The notes below the pieces were generated by a model. The model was given only the letters and a program-made list of their open reading frames with translations. It was not told where the DNA came from and did not search any database. Shown piece after piece: positions 60,365 to 64,000 of a stretch of DNA of 64,000 nt (position 1 is its first letter; every line of letters starts with the position of its first letter). Position numbers and translations under genes: made by a program. Source of the DNA: an uncultured Bacteroidota bacterium (lineage in GTDB: Bacteria; Bacteroidota; Bacteroidia; Chitinophagales; Chitinophagaceae); the NCBI GenBank assembly GCA_963830175.1, contig CAWHKV010000007.1, forward strand, positions 173,255-237,254. The letters are read 5' to 3'.

Positions 60365-61483
60365 CTATAATTGAATAACCTGACCATTAATTTCTAAATC
60401 ATCAAGCGAATCCTGCAATCGTTGTGCATGCGTATCTGTTATAAACACCTGGGAATCATTATCGAGGCAAACTTCAGCCAATAATTTGTGCATACGTTCG
60501 GCATCTAATTTTTCAAAAACATCATCAAGCAACAGTATAGGTGCAAATCCTTTATGCACTTTAAGCACTTTAAATTCTGCAAGTTTTAAAGCAAACAATA
60601 AACTTTTTCGCTGCCCCTGCGATGCCACAGATTTAAATGGGTGATTTTGCATTGAAATATCAACATCATCTTTATGTACACCACAACCCGTACGCTGCAG
60701 GTAAATATCCCGTTGTCTGTTTTCCGCCAGCAATTGTTTAAACGCAACCTTCATTAACTGTGAATCGTATTGCAGGGAAATCAGCTCATCATTACCCGCA
60801 ATAAGTATGTATTGTTGAATTACTAAAGGCAAAAATTCATCAAGAAAAGATTTTCTCTTTGCAAAAAGATAATTTCCCTTTTTACTTAATTGTTCATCCA
60901 ACACTTCCAGTAGTTCATCGTCAGTATAATTGCGCTCTGCAGTGGCTTTTAAAAAACTGTTGCGCTGTTGCAAAATTTTATTGTATTCGATCAGGTTTTG
61001 CAAATATTCGCTGTGCAATTGAGACAGAATAGTATCTATAAATTTTCGCCGCTCGTCACTCGTTCCGGATATAAGGGAAACATCATCGGGAGCGATCATC
61101 ACGCAGGGATACTTTCCAATGTGGGCTGAAAACTTTTGGTAAGCAATTTCATTTTCGTAAAACTCTTTTCTTCCTGTTTCTCTTAAAATGCAGGTAAGCC
61201 GGTTTGCATCATCATTCAAAATAAAATCGCCTTCTAACCTAAACCCGGTTAATCCATGTTTTACGTTTTGATTTTCGGTTTTGCTGAAATAACTTTTGGT
61301 AAAACAGAGATAATAAATAGCATCAAGCAAATTTGTTTTTCCGCTGCCGTTCGGGCCGGCTATTCCAATTACCCTTTCGGTAAATAAAAAGTTTTGCGAT
61401 ACATAATTTCTAAACTGTACCAAATGTATTTGGCGGCAACGAAGCATTAATGCAAGATAAGGGATGAAATAACCCAAATTCAA
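60365..61483 (-). CDS. recF: DNA replication and repair protein RecF
   Basis: Walker A GPNGSGKTNLLDAIYYL, signature SQGQRKSL and Walker B LLLDDV. The likely true start is the internal Met giving MLRCRQIHLVQFRNY (61447). Confidence 0.9.
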   Translation of the reverse strand: MNLGYFIPYLALMLRCRQIHLVQFRNYVSQNFLFTERVIGIAGPNGSGKTNLLDAIYYLCFTKSYFSKTENQNVKHGLTGFRLEGDFILNDDANRLTCILRETGRKEFYENEIAYQKFSAHIGKYPCVMIAPDDVSLISGTSDERRKFIDTILSQLHSEYLQNLIEYNKILQQRNSFLKATAERNYTDDELLEVLDEQLSKKGNYLFAKRKSFLDEFLPLVIQQYILIAGNDELISLQYDSQLMKVAFKQLLAENRQRDIYLQRTGCGVHKDDVDISMQNHPFKSVASQGQRKSLLFALKLAEFKVLKVHKGFAPILLLDDVFEKLDAERMHKLLAEVCLDNDSQVFITDTHAQRLQDSLDDLEINGQVIQL

Positions 61484-61568
61484 CTATCCATTGTTAGAAC
61501 AAAATTTCCCTATATATGTTTGCCGCCTGAATGCATACCAATTATATTTGTCCACTTAAAAATGTAAA

Positions 61569-62223
61569 ATGAAACTAAGATCGTTCCTAATTATTTCAGT
61601 GTGTATGTGCATTTCAAACCTGGCAATTTCTCAGTTTGAAGGCAGCAAAGCAATTTATTCATCTCCCACTTTAAAGCAGGAAATAGCAACGCATAAAACA
61701 GTTGCCATTCTTCCGTTTACCGCCACCATTACGTATAAGAGACCTCCTAAAAATTATAATGAAGAGGCACACAAGGCCGAAGAAAAGGCACTTACAACCA
61801 GCCTGCAGTCTTCTATGTATACTTTTTTATTGCGCAAGTCAACTGATTATTCTGTAACCTTTCAAAATGTTGACCGAACAAATGCGTTACTAAAACAAAA
61901 TGGCTTGTATGATAAATTGGATGAACTTACCCAGGATTCTATTTGCCATTTATTAAAAGTAGATGCGGTTATTAAATGCAAATACGATTATGAAAAAACA
62001 GCGAGCGAAGGAGCTGCCATCGCCAAAACACTTGTTTTTGGGGGCATGGGTTCTAAAACAGGTAGTGGTGGCGCTAACCCTTCAGATTTACAATGGTAAT
62101 GACGGTGAACTTTTATGGCGCTTTTATAAAGCGATGGATGATAATGTTTTTGCATCTACCGACCAGATTATTGAACATATGATGAGAAAAGTAGCCAGGA
62201 ATTTTCCCTACGATAAAAACTAA
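61569..62223 (+). pseudogene. hypothetical secreted/lipoprotein, reading frame broken by a 1-nt indel
   Basis: ORF 61569..62099 (with signal peptide) and the overlapping +1-frame ORF 61963..62223 read as one protein if 1 nt is skipped near 62061..62075: ...GMGSKTGSG/ALTLQIYNGNDGELLWRF.... Confidence 0.5.
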
Positions 62224-62238
62224 CATGTTTTTAATGCA

Positions 62239-62275
62239 GGAAAGCCTTCCGGTTTAACCCGGGGGCTTTCTTATT
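62239..62275 (+). terminator. intrinsic terminator-like hairpin
   Basis: Stem gaaagcc/ggctttc (62239..62245 / 62263..62269) with an inner ccgg/ccgg pairing, followed by a T-rich tract. Confidence 0.55.
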
Positions 62276-62404
62276 TATAAGACTTTAAGGAATTTTAAAA
62301 AAATCTTTTACTTTTTAGTTGCACCGCTTTACATTCATGTAAAAGCAACCTGTATTAATCCGGCAAAATGCAGAACAATCCATTTACCATCTAATTTAAG
62401 GATT

Positions 62405-64000
62405 ATGAAAATAGAAGAAATTAAAGTTTTAAGAGGTCCGAACTATTGGAGCGTTTACCGCAATAAGCTTATTCAAATGCGGTTGAACCTTGAAGAAATG
62501 GAACAGCGCCCAACAAATAAGATTGACGGATTTTTACAACGGTTAAAAGATTTATTTCCAACCATGTACAGCCACAGGTGCAGTGAAGGGGTAGAAGGTG
62601 GCTTTTTTTCAAGGGTGGAGGAAGGAACATGGATGGGTCATGTAATTGAGCACATTGCCTTAGAGTTGCAAACCCTTGCCGGCATGGATGTTGGGTTTGG
62701 ACGCACCCGTACCACAGGGGATGATGGCATTTATTACGTGGTGTTTAATTATATGGAAGAAGATGCTGGGGTGTACACTGCAAAAGCGGCAGTACGTATT
62801 GCACAGTCACTGGCTGATGGAATTGATTACGACCTTACTGATGATATACAAACACTCCGCGAAATAAGAGAAGATACAAGACTGGGACCATCTACTGGTT
62901 GTATAGTTGAAGAGGCAGTTAGAAGAGGCATTCCTTTTATTCGTCTAAACAAACAAAGCCTGGTGCAACTGGGTTATGGCATTCACCAAAAAAGAATTCG
63001 GGCAACAATTGCCAGTACAACAAGCAATATTGCTGTAGACATTGCAAGTGATAAAGAAGAAACTAAGAAATTATTGAACGAGGCAGAAATACCTGTTCCC
63101 AAAGGTGTGGTAATTCGCAGTGAAGAAACGCTGGATGAGGCAATAAGTAAAATCGGATTTCCACTGGTAATTAAACCCATTGATGGCAATCATGGCAAGG
63201 GCAATACTACTAATATAACCACTAAAGAACAAGCCGTAAAAGCATTTGAGGCAGCACAACACTATGGTAGAAGTGTTATTGTTGAAAGGTATATTACAGG
63301 TGTTGATTTTCGAATTCTTGTTATTAATTACAAATTTGTTTGTGCAGCACTTCGCACACCTGCTTCTGTTACCGGCGACGGGGAACATAACATTCAATGG
63401 CTTATAGACGAGGTAAACAAAGACCCCCGCCGTGGCTATGGTCACGAAAAAGTTTTAACCCAAATAACCGTAGACCAGTTTACGCAAAAAATGCTGGATG
63501 ATTTAGGTTATACACTTGACACCATTCCTGAAAAAGGTGAGCATGTTTTACTTAAACCCACCGCCAACCTTTCAACAGGAGGAACTTCTACAGATGTAAC
63601 GGAAGAAGTGCATCCCGTAAATGTATTTATGTGCGAGCGCATAGCCCGCATAATAGGGTTAGATATTTGCGGAATAGACATTATGGCAACAGATCTCAAA
63701 ACGCCATTAAACGAAAATGGTGGCGCGGTGCTTGAAGTGAATGCGGCACCCGGTTTTAGGATGCATGTGGAACCTGCACTCGGTCTCGCGAGAAATGTAG
63801 CAGAACCCGTAATTAATATGCTTTTCCCTAGTGGAAGCAATGGGCGGATTCCTATTATCGCGGTAACAGGAACGAATGGCAAAACTACAACGGCACGATT
63901 AACTGCACACATATGTAAATCTGCCGGTAAAAAAGTAGGATATACAACCAGCGATGGCGTATATATTCAAAACCAGTTAATGATGCGGGGTGATTGCACC
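62405..64000 (+). CDS. cphA: cyanophycin synthetase (partial, runs off the window)
   Basis: I translated 532 codons by hand with no stop. The N-terminal domain starts MKIEEIKVLRGPNYWS...EHIALELQ. The ATP-grasp domain has GFPLVIKPIDGNHGKG. The Mur-ligase-like M domain has the P-loop AVTGTNGKTTTARL. The ORF is not in the supplied track. Confidence 0.88.
   Translation, partial: MKIEEIKVLRGPNYWSVYRNKLIQMRLNLEEMEQRPTNKIDGFLQRLKDLFPTMYSHRCSEGVEGGFFSRVEEGTWMGHVIEHIALELQTLAGMDVGFGRTRTTGDDGIYYVVFNYMEEDAGVYTAKAAVRIAQSLADGIDYDLTDDIQTLREIREDTRLGPSTGCIVEEAVRRGIPFIRLNKQSLVQLGYGIHQKRIRATIASTTSNIAVDIASDKEETKKLLNEAEIPVPKGVVIRSEETLDEAISKIGFPLVIKPIDGNHGKGNTTNITTKEQAVKAFEAAQHYGRSVIVERYITGVDFRILVINYKFVCAALRTPASVTGDGEHNIQWLIDEVNKDPRRGYGHEKVLTQITVDQFTQKMLDDLGYTLDTIPEKGEHVLLKPTANLSTGGTSTDVTEEVHPVNVFMCERIARIIGLDICGIDIMATDLKTPLNENGGAVLEVNAAPGFRMHVEPALGLARNVAEPVINMLFPSGSNGRIPIIAVTGTNGKTTTARLTAHICKSAGKKVGYTTSDGVYIQNQLMMRGDCT

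Noticed and set aside
62676-63912. ORFs 62676..62867 (+), 62983..63189 (-), 63071..63445 (-) and 63508..63912 (-).
   Set aside because: All overlap the long uninterrupted cphA frame starting at 62405, which carries clear ATP-grasp and Mur-ligase motifs. These are out-of-frame or antisense artefacts.
1-64000. CRISPR arrays, tandem repeats, IS elements/transposases, and toxin-antitoxin or known defence operons.
   Set aside because: Reading all intergenic regions showed no regularly spaced direct repeats. No ORF has transposase, integrase, nuclease-helicase or defence-like motifs. Absence is judged by eye only.

Overview
This is a gene-dense core-chromosome window from a Bacteroidota genome. 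The taxon call rests on T9SS C-terminal sorting domains on four secreted proteins, the ssb-gldE-gldD arrangement, a DUF5683 gene after parAB, TTTG-N19/20-TAnnTTTG promoter motifs and a Bacteroidota-type tmRNA. About 50 protein genes are mostly housekeeping:
- DNA repair and replication: recJ, radA, recF, mutY, ssb, HU.
- Chromosome partitioning: parAB.
- Transcription and translation: rpoB, fusA, an ABC-F ATPase, RNase E/G, rsmD, tmRNA.
- Metabolism: bioD, 5-formyl-THF cyclo-ligase, hutI/hutG, dapB, a polyprenyl synthase, and a cyanophycin synthetase that runs off the 3' end.
- Envelope and secretion genes.

I found no CRISPR array, transposase, integrase, prophage, or recognisable defence or toxin-antitoxin module. 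I cannot honestly point to a convincing new multi-gene system.

The points most worth a second look are:
1. rpoB and fusA are stand-alone genes detached from their near-universal operons. rpoB is bracketed by two intrinsic terminators and has its own promoter-like motif.
2. Five reading-frame disruptions sit at short nucleotide runs: hutG-like, rseP, a T9SS cargo gene start, the recJ start and a small lipoprotein gene. They point to indel-prone sequencing or real pseudogenisation.
3. An unlisted 31-codon ORF encodes an extremely basic bS22/AURKAIP1-like peptide just upstream of the RNase E/G gene.
4. A cphA ORF is absent from the ORF track because it runs off the window.
5. Large T9SS cargo genes include a 1284-aa M36 fungalysin-like protease and an adjacent propeller/FG-GAP pair next to ssrA.

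All functional calls come from motifs read by eye and remembered family signatures. No database search was run.
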